A stretch of DNA of 64,000 bases from Verrucomicrobiota bacterium (lineage in GTDB: Bacteria > Verrucomicrobiota > Verrucomicrobiia > Opitutales > Cerasicoccaceae), in NCBI GenBank assembly GCA_039818205.1, contig JBCBUK010000009.1, positions 128,001 through 192,000 of the forward strand, given 5' to 3'. This document shows, in pieces, positions 18,923 through 28,645 of this stretch. A model generated the notes under the pieces. The model ran no database searches. It was given only the letters and a program-made list of their open reading frames with translations, and was not told where the DNA came from. The translations under genes were made by a program, and so were the position numbers. Numbering within the stretch: position 1 is the first letter of the stretch; each line of letters opens with the position of its first letter.

Positions 18923-20914
18923 TTAGCTCTCCTGATTCGCGACCTGCTTGACTAGGTTGCGGTATTTGGCCAGGGCATAGAGCGGCCAGCTCCATTGATA
19001 GCTGTCATACTTCAGGTAGAAGACGCGGGGGAAACCCGTGCCGGTGAAGTGTTCATAACGCCAGGAGCCATCGGCTTGTTGGGTGTTGAGTAGATACTCG
19101 ATACCGCGCTGGATCGACGGACGTTCGGGATTGTCAAAGGTGAGGAGGCCAAGAAGGGCCCAGGCGGTTTGAGATGCGGTTGAAGGCCCATTGCCCTTGG
19201 TGGCGACGTCGTGGTAGGTCCATACGCTCTCGCCCCATCCACCATCGTCATTTTGGCAGTTCTCGAGGAAATTGCGGGCCTTCTGAACATAGCCTTGGCT
19301 CATGTCTTCACCGATGGCGTGCAAGCCTCGTAGGGCATGGCCGGTTCCGTAGATGTAGTTGACGCCCCAGCGTCCGAACCAGGAGCCGTCTTCGAGTTGG
19401 GTGTCCGTCAGAAACTTCTTAGCGCGAATGACGACGTCATCAGCTTTGTCGAAGCCCATCAGCGCAAGAGTCTCGAGTGCGCGACCGGTGATATCGGAGC
19501 AGGGTGGGTCGAGGATTGCATTGTGGTCGGCAAACGGAACCTCTTCGAGCCACTGGTCATTGATATCTTTGTCGAAAGCGGCAAATCCGCCTTCCTTACA
19601 CTGCATAGCGCGGCACCAGCGGATCGCGCGGTCCAGAGTCTGCTCTTGCTCGCGGGTGTTCGAGGCAAGCAAGGGCTTTAGGCCGAGGACTACCTGGAAG
19701 GTGTCATCGACGTCGGGGTACCAATCGTTGTTAAATTCAAACGCCCAACCAGCAGCCTCAGGGAAGTCGCAATTTTCCTTCCAGTCACCCCGGATTTTGA
19801 TCTCGCGCTCGAGGAGCCAGTCAGCCGCTTTCTGTAAGCGTGCGTCGGCTGGGTCCATACCGCTTTCAGCCATGGCCATGGTGATGATTGCCGTGTCCCA
19901 AACCGGAGAGAAACAGGGAGCGATGCGCCAGTCCTCGGGGCCATCCGTGGAGTTGCCCTTGGTCTTGCCGTAGGTTGGCCACCAGGCGCTGTCCTGAGTC
20001 AGTTCTTCAAAGTGCCGAAGGTTCTTTTCAAAGATCCAGTGGTCCTTCTTGTAGCCCAGACATTCGAGGGCGACGAGGACGTTCATGATGGCCGGAAAGA
20101 TGGCTCCCATGCCATCGGATCCATGGGAAATGCGATCGCACATCCAGCCTTCCGCTTGCTGCAAGGCACGCTTGCGGAACAGACCCTCGGGAAGATGATT
20201 TACGATACGACCCAGCTTATCCAGGGTTAGGAAAAAGTTTTTCCAAGAAATCTTCTTCTCGCTCCACTGGACGCTGTAATCGCCGTCCATCTTGCCGTCA
20301 GGATAAAGTTCATTGAGGTCCGGGCAGTGCTCAATCTTGCGGGTGGGTTTGAAGTGGTTGATGACCGCCAGCGGCACGAGCATGTTACGCGTCCAACTGG
20401 ATACCCGATAGATATGAATCGGCGACCATTTCGGTAGCAGCATGACCTCGACCGGGATGAGTGGGCAGTCTTTCCAGGGGAAGCAACCAACGAGGGCCAG
20501 ATAGAGTTTGTGCCAAGTGCACATGGCGGGAATGCCGCCGAGTTCCAAAGCCTTGTCGCGCGCCTTGATCATGATCTCGGCGTTTGGGCTTTCACCGGCT
20601 AACTTGAGAGCGTGGTATCCTTTAACCGTGGCGTTGATTTCGCTGGGGCCACCCGGAAATTGAGGCCAGCCACCGTCTTCGTTCTGCCGGCTCTTGATGA
20701 ATTTAACGATACGGTCCTGCGGAATGCGATCGACATCATCTGCCCAATAAAAATACAGGAGATAATCACAGGCGACCGTTGAGTCGATCGGGAGTTCGCA
20801 ATTCCAGTATCCGCCTTCTTCCTGGATCGAGAAGAGATACTCGCGGATGCGTTCAATCGCCTTGTCGACGTTGTTCGAGGAAATACTATCTGCCATCGGG
20901 ATGGATTCCGCCAT
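18923..20914 (-). CDS. shc: Squalene-hopene cyclase
   Basis: YPDVDDT (DxDD), QW repeats (QNEDGGW, QLEDGSW, QNDDGGW), GRWGVNYIYGT and TGTGFPRVFYL. Confidence 0.96.
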   Translation of the reverse strand: MAESIPMADSISSNNVDKAIERIREYLFSIQEEGGYWNCELPIDSTVACDYLLYFYWADDVDRIPQDRIVKFIKSRQNEDGGWPQFPGGPSEINATVKGYHALKLAGESPNAEIMIKARDKALELGGIPAMCTWHKLYLALVGCFPWKDCPLIPVEVMLLPKWSPIHIYRVSSWTRNMLVPLAVINHFKPTRKIEHCPDLNELYPDGKMDGDYSVQWSEKKISWKNFFLTLDKLGRIVNHLPEGLFRKRALQQAEGWMCDRISHGSDGMGAIFPAIMNVLVALECLGYKKDHWIFEKNLRHFEELTQDSAWWPTYGKTKGNSTDGPEDWRIAPCFSPVWDTAIITMAMAESGMDPADARLQKAADWLLEREIKIRGDWKENCDFPEAAGWAFEFNNDWYPDVDDTFQVVLGLKPLLASNTREQEQTLDRAIRWCRAMQCKEGGFAAFDKDINDQWLEEVPFADHNAILDPPCSDITGRALETLALMGFDKADDVVIRAKKFLTDTQLEDGSWFGRWGVNYIYGTGHALRGLHAIGEDMSQGYVQKARNFLENCQNDDGGWGESVWTYHDVATKGNGPSTASQTAWALLGLLTFDNPERPSIQRGIEYLLNTQQADGSWRYEHFTGTGFPRVFYLKYDSYQWSWPLYALAKYRNLVKQVANQES

Positions 20915-20964
20915 GGTCGCTGGAGATAGACGATTTTACGCCGAAACCAAGCAAAATCGTTCCG

Positions 20965-21639
20965 TTAGCTTCTGCGTCGACGCCGCAAACCGATCGCTAG
21001 ACTGACGATCGCCCCAAATCCTAGAGCATAGTGGCTGGGCTCTGGAATAGGCGTTGCGGAGACAGTCACATTGTCGATTTGGACAACGTCAACGAGTTCA
21101 AGCAACTCAACGAATTGTAATCGGAGTCCGCCGGTGCTGATGTTGTTGAGCGCGGTGATGCTGCTCAGGTCCAAATCAAGTGTTGTATAGATCGGGGCTG
21201 GTTCTCCGATGAATGAAAACGCAACCCAATTCCCGCCATTGTTAGTCGAATACTGAATCTCGTAGCTTTGGAGGTTTGCGCCGATAACATCGCGACTCAG
21301 ATCGAAGCTGAAGTGGATGTCTTGCATGCCAGTAAAATCGAGACCAGTGATTTCCATTGTTCCGGTCTCAGCGGCAACACCCAGGCTAAAATATTGCAGG
21401 GCGTCTCCGGCCGGCTGACCAAACTGAGCGTTGAGCGAGGTGCCCGTTCCCAGCTGATTAACATTAGACGCTATTGCCAGCGGCTGTAGGTCAACGGTCA
21501 TCGTGCCACTCGAGTTGGCAGATGGAAAACGACTCAGATCATTGGAATTGAAATCCCAATAGCCAATAATGTCGGCTGAGGCTAGGTTGACAACGATTGC
21601 ACCGGAGATGGCCAGTGAGAGAAGTCTGGGAGATTTCAT
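20965..21639 (-). CDS. PEP-CTERM surface protein
   Basis: Signal peptide; C-terminal IPEPSHY + TM + RRRRR. Confidence 0.92.
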   Translation of the reverse strand: MKSPRLLSLAISGAIVVNLASADIIGYWDFNSNDLSRFPSANSSGTMTVDLQPLAIASNVNQLGTGTSLNAQFGQPAGDALQYFSLGVAAETGTMEITGLDFTGMQDIHFSFDLSRDVIGANLQSYEIQYSTNNGGNWVAFSFIGEPAPIYTTLDLDLSSITALNNISTGGLRLQFVELLELVDVVQIDNVTVSATPIPEPSHYALGFGAIVSLAIGLRRRRRS

Positions 21640-21669
21640 GGCAGTAAATGGTTGGTCGCCGCGGTTCTT

Positions 21670-22554
21670 TTATTGAGGCAAGCGATCTTCTTTTTCTTGG
21701 CGAGACTGTTCGATTTCCTGTTGGTAATTCTCAATGAAGTCCTGGTATTGGCCCATGATCTCGTTGTAAGGATCGGCAATTGGACTGGTTGCAAAGCTAG
21801 AAAATGTCGTTGGTGTAATGATAGCGGCGATTCCAACCACAACTAGCACGAAAGATTTGCCAGCATTCTTAAGGTCAACGACGAGGTAGATGAGGGCTGC
21901 AAGCGGTGAAAGTAAAAATACCGCAATGCCCCACGCCCAGTGTTTCATGAAAGCGCGTACGAGCCAGGCAATTTGGCCTGCTAGGACCATAAGAACTCCA
22001 GCACCCATTACGATGGCATGCCAATACTCCATCTTTATCACTGAACCAATCCCAGCGAGAACAAGCATCACCGCGAAAAAGGCCGATTCAAAAGAGCCCA
22101 AACCGATACTCTCGAAGAAGCCTACTTTCGGTTTGCTCAGGAGTTTACTTTGGGCACTGATCGACTTCGCGCTTTGGCCATCTTCTCCGCCTTCGGAAAG
22201 CATCTCCTGAATATCGACTGCGCCCGCGGGATCTTCCTCCTTGAGGTTGATCTTATCAAACTCTTTGGCGCCGCCAAGCTTGAGGCCACCCGATGGGCGA
22301 TCACTCTCAAAGGGCTCGGGGGTTCTGTCTTTGGGTGGAGCGGTCGTCGTCGGTGGCGGTGCGGCAACTTTCACGACGGCAAGTTCCGGAATCGCGCTTA
22401 TGGCGAGCCATTCGGCCATGCCGCTTTTCCATACCGGTGTCTCCGGGCTAACGCGGCCCGTTTCGACGAATTGTTTGACTTGTTCCGCGGTGAAGGGGCC
22501 GACTTGCTGGCCAGAGTCCGCGTAGTACCAAATACTGTCTGTTTGTTCAGCCAT
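21670..22554 (-). CDS. GYF_2 (DUF4339) domain membrane protein
   Basis: WYYADSGQQVGPF...VWKSGMAEW, Pro-rich linker and about four C-terminal TM helices. Confidence 0.88.
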   Translation of the reverse strand: MAEQTDSIWYYADSGQQVGPFTAEQVKQFVETGRVSPETPVWKSGMAEWLAISAIPELAVVKVAAPPPTTTAPPKDRTPEPFESDRPSGGLKLGGAKEFDKINLKEEDPAGAVDIQEMLSEGGEDGQSAKSISAQSKLLSKPKVGFFESIGLGSFESAFFAVMLVLAGIGSVIKMEYWHAIVMGAGVLMVLAGQIAWLVRAFMKHWAWGIAVFLLSPLAALIYLVVDLKNAGKSFVLVVVGIAAIITPTTFSSFATSPIADPYNEIMGQYQDFIENYQQEIEQSRQEKEDRLPQ

Positions 22555-22670
22555 AGATGGGTTAATGGGTTTACTAAAAACACATTAGGCATGACTTGGC
22601 GAGCATTGAACCTTAAGTTTAATGTGAAACTGTAGTTGCCCTCCCGGAGCGACCTCGCCAGAACTCACGG

Positions 22671-23339
22671 ATGATTGGAATCGTCTTTCCCAGCCACTTT
22701 GAAGGGGCTGAATTCATTGCTCGGATGGATAATAAGGCCGGAGCCCGCCTGCAGCCAAACCTACCCAGTTGGCGGGGCAGTATCCAAGGGCAGGATATTG
22801 CCGTCGGCGTCATCGGAATGGGCCCGCCACATTGTGCCAGTCGGGCGGATTACTTTATCGGATTCTATCAGCCCAAGGTGGTCGTTTTGGCTGGCTTTGC
22901 GGGTGCACTGGATCCGGCGTTGAAACGAGGCGAGGTCATTATCAATCGCGGGACAGGCAATATCCATACGGCCAATGAGGTGATCGCAACGGTCGCCGAT
23001 AAGTCTCGTCTCCTTGAGCAGACCGGGTCACCACTAGTTGATATGGAAAGCGACCATGTGGCGGAAGTCGCCCAAAAGCGCGATGTTTCGCTAATTGTCA
23101 TCCGCGCGGTTAGTGATTTGGCAACGGAGGATGTGCCAGTTGATATTCTCGGTCGCAGTTATGATCAAGAGCGCGGGGTGACCACACCCTTAAAGCTCGC
23201 CGCCTATTTGGCGTTCCACTGGGGCGATATTGGGCGACTGATGCGGTTTTTGAAGCCGTTGTCGGATGTTAGACGGGGACTGACCAGCGTTGTATTGTCG
23301 GAGGTGTTGAAAGTCGCGGATCAATCAAAGGAGACATGA
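22671..23339 (+). CDS. Nucleoside phosphorylase-like protein (PNP_UDP_1; HpnG-like)
   Basis: GMGP, AGFAGALDPALKRGEV, VDMES and IRAVSD; lies close to shc. Confidence 0.8.
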   Translation: MIGIVFPSHFEGAEFIARMDNKAGARLQPNLPSWRGSIQGQDIAVGVIGMGPPHCASRADYFIGFYQPKVVVLAGFAGALDPALKRGEVIINRGTGNIHTANEVIATVADKSRLLEQTGSPLVDMESDHVAEVAQKRDVSLIVIRAVSDLATEDVPVDILGRSYDQERGVTTPLKLAAYLAFHWGDIGRLMRFLKPLSDVRRGLTSVVLSEVLKVADQSKET

Positions 23340-23383
23340 GTTTCCGCTGGCCAATAAATGGCTGGCTTACATAGTTTAAAGGC

Positions 23384-23827
23384 ATGCGCGGTGACAAGAG
23401 TACGAAACAGGCCCAGGTTCGGGTCGGCTACGATGGCCTGGTCCGAAAGACCTTCCTTGGGCCAATGGCGAAGGAGCGTTTTGAGAATGAGCTTCGGGTA
23501 CTCACTTACCTGCAAGAGCGCGGTTGCGAATTCGTGCCCAAGATCATTGATAACGAACCAGAACGCCTCTACATGGTGACCACGAATTGTGGCAAGGTTG
23601 TGGAAAAGATCAGTGATGATAAGCTGGAGAAAATCTTCACCGAGCTGGAAACATACGGTGTTCGGCACGAGGATCGGTTTGCGCGCAATGTCACTTACAA
23701 TCCACAGCTCGGGCGCTTTTGCCTGATCGATTTTGAGTTCTCGACGATCCTGGAAACAGGCGAAGGACTAACCGTGGACGAGGTCACGCATTATCGCCTA
23801 GAACAACAGCGAGGCCAGGTTGATTAG
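23384..23827 (+). CDS. Minimal protein-kinase-like protein
   Basis: VRKTF (beta3 Lys), RFENE (alphaC Glu), HEDRFARN catalytic loop and IDFE. Confidence 0.75.
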   Translation: MRGDKSTKQAQVRVGYDGLVRKTFLGPMAKERFENELRVLTYLQERGCEFVPKIIDNEPERLYMVTTNCGKVVEKISDDKLEKIFTELETYGVRHEDRFARNVTYNPQLGRFCLIDFEFSTILETGEGLTVDEVTHYRLEQQRGQVD

Positions 23828-23829
23828 TT

Positions 23830-24663
23830 ATGTCCGGGCCGATTTTGACACCTCCAAAGGGTCTGCGTTGGTGGGGCATGACCGACAAGGGACGTTTTCG
23901 AAAGAACAACGAAGATGCCTTCCTTGGGCTAAAGGTCGATGGTCGGGAGATTTTTCGCCTCGGCAAAGTTGGTGAATCGCACTTTTCCGATGGCGATTTT
24001 GTCTTTGCGGTCAGCGATGGCATGGGCGGCGCGAACGCAGGTGAGTTTGCTAGCCGCATTGCAGTCGATAAAATCACTCATTTGTTTCCGCAGGCCTTCA
24101 AAATGCGGGCTGCTGGATTGACCAGCGGTGGTGATGATTTAATCGCCGAGACCATTGATCTCATTCACCGGGAAATGAAGTTACAGGGTGCCGCCTACGA
24201 GGAAACCCACGGGATGGGGGCCACCTTGAGCCTTTGCTGGTTTACGCCGGAGCGGGCCTACTTCGGCCACGTGGGTGATAGCCGCATCTACCACTTGGCT
24301 AAGGACGACGGATACCTGCAGATCACCCATGATCACACCCACGTTGGGTGGTTGTTGCGCCAGGGCAAAATCACCGAGGTCGAAGCCCGGCATCATCCCG
24401 GCAAATCGGCCCTGCAGATGGCGCTCGGCGGACGCATCGAGAATGTCGAACCTCAGATTGGTGACGTACTCTTTGAAGCCGGGGACTGGTTCGTGTTTTG
24501 CACGGACGGCATCTCGGATGGGGTGAGCTCCCGTAAGATTGATGACTTGATCCGCACGCCGTCACCGATCGCGGAAAAGCTGCTTCCAGCCGAACGGCTC
24601 ATCCGGGAGGCCTGGGACCTTTCCCGCGACAACATGACCGCGATGGTGGTCGAGGTGTTTTAG
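23830..24663 (+). CDS. PP2C-family Ser/Thr phosphatase
   Basis: GRFRKNNED, VSDGMGG, HVGDSR, CTDG and DNMT. Confidence 0.93.
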   Translation: MSGPILTPPKGLRWWGMTDKGRFRKNNEDAFLGLKVDGREIFRLGKVGESHFSDGDFVFAVSDGMGGANAGEFASRIAVDKITHLFPQAFKMRAAGLTSGGDDLIAETIDLIHREMKLQGAAYEETHGMGATLSLCWFTPERAYFGHVGDSRIYHLAKDDGYLQITHDHTHVGWLLRQGKITEVEARHHPGKSALQMALGGRIENVEPQIGDVLFEAGDWFVFCTDGISDGVSSRKIDDLIRTPSPIAEKLLPAERLIREAWDLSRDNMTAMVVEVF

Positions 24664-24923
24664 TGTCGTAAGATTGACCTCTGCGACGCCGTTTTCCGAT
24701 GGCTGCTCATGGCCAATCTATTTGCCGTGGCAGCACTCCTCTTTTCATCGGTTTTCATCCTGGTAGCGGCATGGCGTTGGCATTGTTGACTGCGCTCAAC
24801 ACAGGCACGCCTTGGACCACGGTTTGCGGGACGTGAATGAGGATGTCATGGTGATCAAAGAAAAACCGCTGACGGTGAAGAAACGTTAGACTTGTTTCCG
24901 GTCGATCGCTTACGGTCACCAAT

Positions 24924-25907
24924 ATGCAGAACCTCGTCTTCTTTGGATCAGATCCGATATCATTGCCTTTGCTGGATTGGCTGCGGGAGTATTCCGGGCA
25001 GGGCTATCGTCTGGTCGGAGTTGTTAGCCAGCCGGATCGCCCGAAGGGCCGAGGCAAGAAGCTTGCGCCCAATGAGATTTCTGCCTGGGCGTTGGCCAAT
25101 GACATCGAGCTGCACCGTCCAGAGAAACCGGGTCCTGAGCTCGAAGCTTGGCTGCGGGAGCAGCGGGTTGAGTTGGCGTTGGTGATGGCCTATGGACACA
25201 TCTTGAAGAAGTCGCTTTTGGCGATTCCGCCGCTGGGGTTCGTGAACTTTCATGCCTCGCTCTTACCGTCTTATCGTGGAGCTTCGCCGATTGAATCGGC
25301 TATTGCCAACGGCGAAACTGAAACCGGTGTTTCGTTGATGCGCATCATACCCAAAATGGATGCCGGTGCGGTATGTGACGTGGAGAAAGTGGCGGTGGCA
25401 CCCAATGATTCGGGTGGGTCGGTGCGCGAAAAGTTGGCCGATGCTTGCGTCCCACTCTTGTCCCGAGGCCTCCCAAGCTTGCTTAATCGATCGGCGACTT
25501 TCACGGAGCAGGATGAAGCCGCAGTTTCATACTGCCGCAAGTTGGTAAAGACGGATGGTGAGTTGGACTTCGAGGCCTCCGCAAAGGTGCTTGCAGCACG
25601 GGTCAACGGATTATTTCCGTGGCCTGGGTGCTATTTGGATTACGACGGTGTCCGTATCAAGGTTAAGGACGCCTCCTGTGAGACGGGTCATGGCGCTCCG
25701 GGTGAGGTGCTTTCCTCCGATCGCAATGGCTTGGTTATTGCTTGTGGGGAAGGGGCACTGCGGGTGCATGAGTTGCAGCGCCCTGGTGGAAAAATGCTTC
25801 CTGCGGATGACTTTTTCCGGGGTTTTAGCATTGCTCCGGGAACTTTTGTGCAAGGGGGCGAACTCAGCAATTTAGTGTCAAAAACTCCATTTTTACGGAA
25901 AGCTTAG
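24924..25907 (+). CDS. fmt: Methionyl-tRNA formyltransferase
   Basis: QPDRPKGRGKKL, NFHASLLPSYRGASPI and MDAG. Confidence 0.96.
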   Translation: MQNLVFFGSDPISLPLLDWLREYSGQGYRLVGVVSQPDRPKGRGKKLAPNEISAWALANDIELHRPEKPGPELEAWLREQRVELALVMAYGHILKKSLLAIPPLGFVNFHASLLPSYRGASPIESAIANGETETGVSLMRIIPKMDAGAVCDVEKVAVAPNDSGGSVREKLADACVPLLSRGLPSLLNRSATFTEQDEAAVSYCRKLVKTDGELDFEASAKVLAARVNGLFPWPGCYLDYDGVRIKVKDASCETGHGAPGEVLSSDRNGLVIACGEGALRVHELQRPGGKMLPADDFFRGFSIAPGTFVQGGELSNLVSKTPFLRKA

Positions 25908-25950
25908 TGCGATCATCTGATTTTTCTTTCTCTCAACGGACCCACTTTTT

Positions 25951-26553
25951 ATGACCAAAGATATGTTTCGACGAATTTACATTTTTTGCTTCTTTGCCAT
26001 CACACCGCTCGCTGTGTTCGGGCAATCCAGCAGCCAGGTCGCCCGCCTGACCCAAGATGTCCAATTGATGAACGAACAGTTGGGTAAGATGAGATTGCAG
26101 GTGGAATCCTTGCAGCGCACTCAGAATCAATTGCTCGATTCGTTTGATCGGATCATGAAGCGGCAGAATGATCTGGTTGCCAACTATCAGACCTTGGTTG
26201 CAGATACCGAATCGAAGATCAATGAGCTACCCGAACGCGAGGCCGCGATGAAGCGTGAGATCATCACCGAGGTCTCCAAGCAGATCAATGCGCTTGCCGC
26301 CGAAACTCAGAAAGCGATCGACACATTGGCAAAAGCCAACTCGGCGAAGCCACAGGTCCAGGTGAAAACTAATTTCAGCGATGACTATCCAGAAACCGGT
26401 ATTGTCCACGTGGTAAAGCGCGGCGAAACAATATCTGGGATTGCGCGCCAGCATGGGTCGACGATTCAGGATATCATGAATGCCAACCGGATTGCGAATG
26501 CTACTGGCCTGAAGGCTGGAGAGACGATTTTCGTTCCCGTGAACGACGAGTAA
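25951..26553 (+). CDS. Exported coiled-coil + LysM protein
   Basis: Signal peptide, coiled coil and HVVKRGETISGIA...LKAGETIFVP. Confidence 0.9.
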   Translation: MTKDMFRRIYIFCFFAITPLAVFGQSSSQVARLTQDVQLMNEQLGKMRLQVESLQRTQNQLLDSFDRIMKRQNDLVANYQTLVADTESKINELPEREAAMKREIITEVSKQINALAAETQKAIDTLAKANSAKPQVQVKTNFSDDYPETGIVHVVKRGETISGIARQHGSTIQDIMNANRIANATGLKAGETIFVPVNDE

Positions 26554-26603
26554 TGATTGAAAAAGTCTTTGTGTTTCGAGGCGCAAGTATGCTCAACTAG
26601 ATT

Positions 26604-27554
26604 ATGGCATCTCCAAAGAGTAGGTTAGGTCGCGGTTTAGGCGGCATTATTTCGGGCGGTGGAGCGAAGAAGGGTGCGGCAAAGAAAGCGACTGCTAAGC
26701 CCGCCGTATCGGCGTCCAAAAAAGCCGAACCGGCACCTCCGAAGAAAAAAGAAGAACCTGCTGGTCCCTACCGGGAAATCGCCGTTAGCGCGATCGAGCC
26801 CAATCCGTATCAGCCGCGCCGCGAAATGGATCCTGAGCATGTTGCGGAACTCGCTGCCAGTATCGCTTCTGAAGGGCTGCTTCAGCCAATTGTTGTTCGT
26901 GAGTCTTCCAAAGGGAAATATGAATTGATCGCGGGTGAACGTCGTTGGCGGGCGCACCAGAAGTTGGGTTTGAAAGCCATATCGGCCCGGGTTATGGCCG
27001 CTTCCGACACGTCGTCGGCTGTCATTTCATTGATCGAAAATTTGCAGCGTGAGGGGTTGAATCCGATTGAAGAGGCGCTTGGTTATGCGAGCCTCATGAA
27101 AGATTTCGATCTGACCCAGGAGGCGGTGTCGCAACGCATTGGCCGCCCGCGTGCTTCGATTGCGAACACCCTTCGACTATTGGCACTCGATCGCGAGATT
27201 CAGGGATACCTTGCGAAGGGAATGCTGTCGACCGGTCATGCTAAGGTACTCCTTGGAGTCGAAGATCCGAGTCAACGCCTCCTGCTGGCTCGCCGTATCT
27301 TGGAGTCCGGGATGAGTGTCCGCGACGCCGAGCGCCAGGTGAAACGCATTAAGAGTGAAGCCTCGCTGCGCGGGGAGAATCGCGATGCGCAGGGGGCTGA
27401 GGACACTGTTGTCCGCGATCTGGAGAAGCAGCTTTCCAGTCAATTGAACACGAAAGTCCACCTGAAGCATACACCGAAAAAGGGGCGTATCATCATCGAA
27501 TATTTCGGAAACGAGGATTTGCAACGGATTCTGGAACGGACCGGCCTGCAATAG
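26604..27554 (+). CDS. parB: Chromosome partitioning protein ParB
   Basis: RLGRGL, NPYQPR, GLLQPI, IAGERRWRA, ENLQRE and HTH. Confidence 0.95.
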   Translation: MASPKSRLGRGLGGIISGGGAKKGAAKKATAKPAVSASKKAEPAPPKKKEEPAGPYREIAVSAIEPNPYQPRREMDPEHVAELAASIASEGLLQPIVVRESSKGKYELIAGERRWRAHQKLGLKAISARVMAASDTSSAVISLIENLQREGLNPIEEALGYASLMKDFDLTQEAVSQRIGRPRASIANTLRLLALDREIQGYLAKGMLSTGHAKVLLGVEDPSQRLLLARRILESGMSVRDAERQVKRIKSEASLRGENRDAQGAEDTVVRDLEKQLSSQLNTKVHLKHTPKKGRIIIEYFGNEDLQRILERTGLQ

Positions 27555-27655
27555 GTCTATATGTCTTGGATTGAGTTGGAATTTCCGTTGGATTTTATCC
27601 TTGAAGCGACTGGGCTGACGGGTCAATCTGCGCGGTTTCCCATTTTCTTACCGAT

Positions 27656-28612
27656 ATGAGCGCAATCATTTATGGCCTTCTTTCCGTCTTGCTGATTTTA
27701 GTCAGCGGTTATCTTCTGCTGATTATTCTCATGCAGCGTGCGAGCAGCAATTCTGGCTTGGGCTCGGCTCTTGGCGGTGGCGCCGCTGAATCCGCATTAG
27801 GCGCAGGCGCTGGCAATGTTTTGACCCAAGGAACGATCTGGGGAAGTGCCGCGTTCTTCGTCATTTCGTTCGCTTTGTATCTAGGATACCTCGCCCAAGC
27901 TGAGGACACCGGACCGAGCAACACTTTGCCAACCGAGATTAGCGCGCCAGAGTCCGAAACCACTGCGACCGAGCCGGTCACTACGCCGTTGGTTCAGTTA
28001 CCCGAAGGCATGGAATTTACCGCAACTAGCCAGCAGCTAGACGGCGACACCACGACGGTAACGACTGATCAAGGAACTTCGACGGTAACTATTCCGCAGG
28101 ACGTTCAAGATGCAGTCAACGAGGTGAAGTCTGGTGCTGATTCAGCTGCTAGTGACGTTAAGGACGCGGCCGAGTCGACAGCTACGAGCATCCAGGAAGG
28201 TGCTCAAAACGCTGGTAGCGAGATCCAAGAAGGCGCTGACAAAGCTGGAACCGCTATTAAGGAAGGATCGGAATCCACTTCGAAATCGATTCAAGAGGGT
28301 GCTGATAAGGCCGGGGCTGCGATTCAAGAAGGCGCAGACAAGGCTGGCGCTGCCATTAAGGAAGGATCGGAATCAACCGCGAAATCGATTCAAAAGGGTG
28401 CTGATACGACCGGAGCTGCGATTCAAGAAGGCGCAGACAAGGCTGGCGCTGCTATCCAAGAGGGCGCTGAAGCCGTTGCGAATGAAGCCCAAAAGGGTGC
28501 CGAAGAGGTATCTAATCAATTTGACGCTTTGAAGAAGCAGGCCACTGATGCGGCCGATGACACTGCGGCCGCTGCTGAATCGGCGACTTCAGAAGAAACA
28601 AAAGCAGAGTAA
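27656..28612 (+). CDS. secG: Preprotein translocase SecG with long repetitive C-terminal extension
   Basis: TM-ILMQR..GLGSALGGG..ESALG..NVL-TM SecG core in about the first 80 aa, then about 235 aa of acidic Ala/Thr-rich tail. Confidence 0.8.
   Translation: MSAIIYGLLSVLLILVSGYLLLIILMQRASSNSGLGSALGGGAAESALGAGAGNVLTQGTIWGSAAFFVISFALYLGYLAQAEDTGPSNTLPTEISAPESETTATEPVTTPLVQLPEGMEFTATSQQLDGDTTTVTTDQGTSTVTIPQDVQDAVNEVKSGADSAASDVKDAAESTATSIQEGAQNAGSEIQEGADKAGTAIKEGSESTSKSIQEGADKAGAAIQEGADKAGAAIKEGSESTAKSIQKGADTTGAAIQEGADKAGAAIQEGAEAVANEAQKGAEEVSNQFDALKKQATDAADDTAAAAESATSEETKAE
28189..28500 (+). repeat. Intragenic 33-bp (11-aa) repeats arranged as 99-bp higher-order repeats
   Basis: IQEGADKAGAA-like units; 99-bp units start at 28222, 28321 and 28420 (partial). 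Confidence 0.9.
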
Positions 28613-28645
28613 AGTTGTCTCCTAGGTAAGCCGATAGGCTTTCTC

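Noticed and set aside
28189..28500. Periodic repeats as a possible CRISPR array
   Set aside because: They are codon-phase, degenerate at third positions, have no unique spacers, and no cas genes are present.
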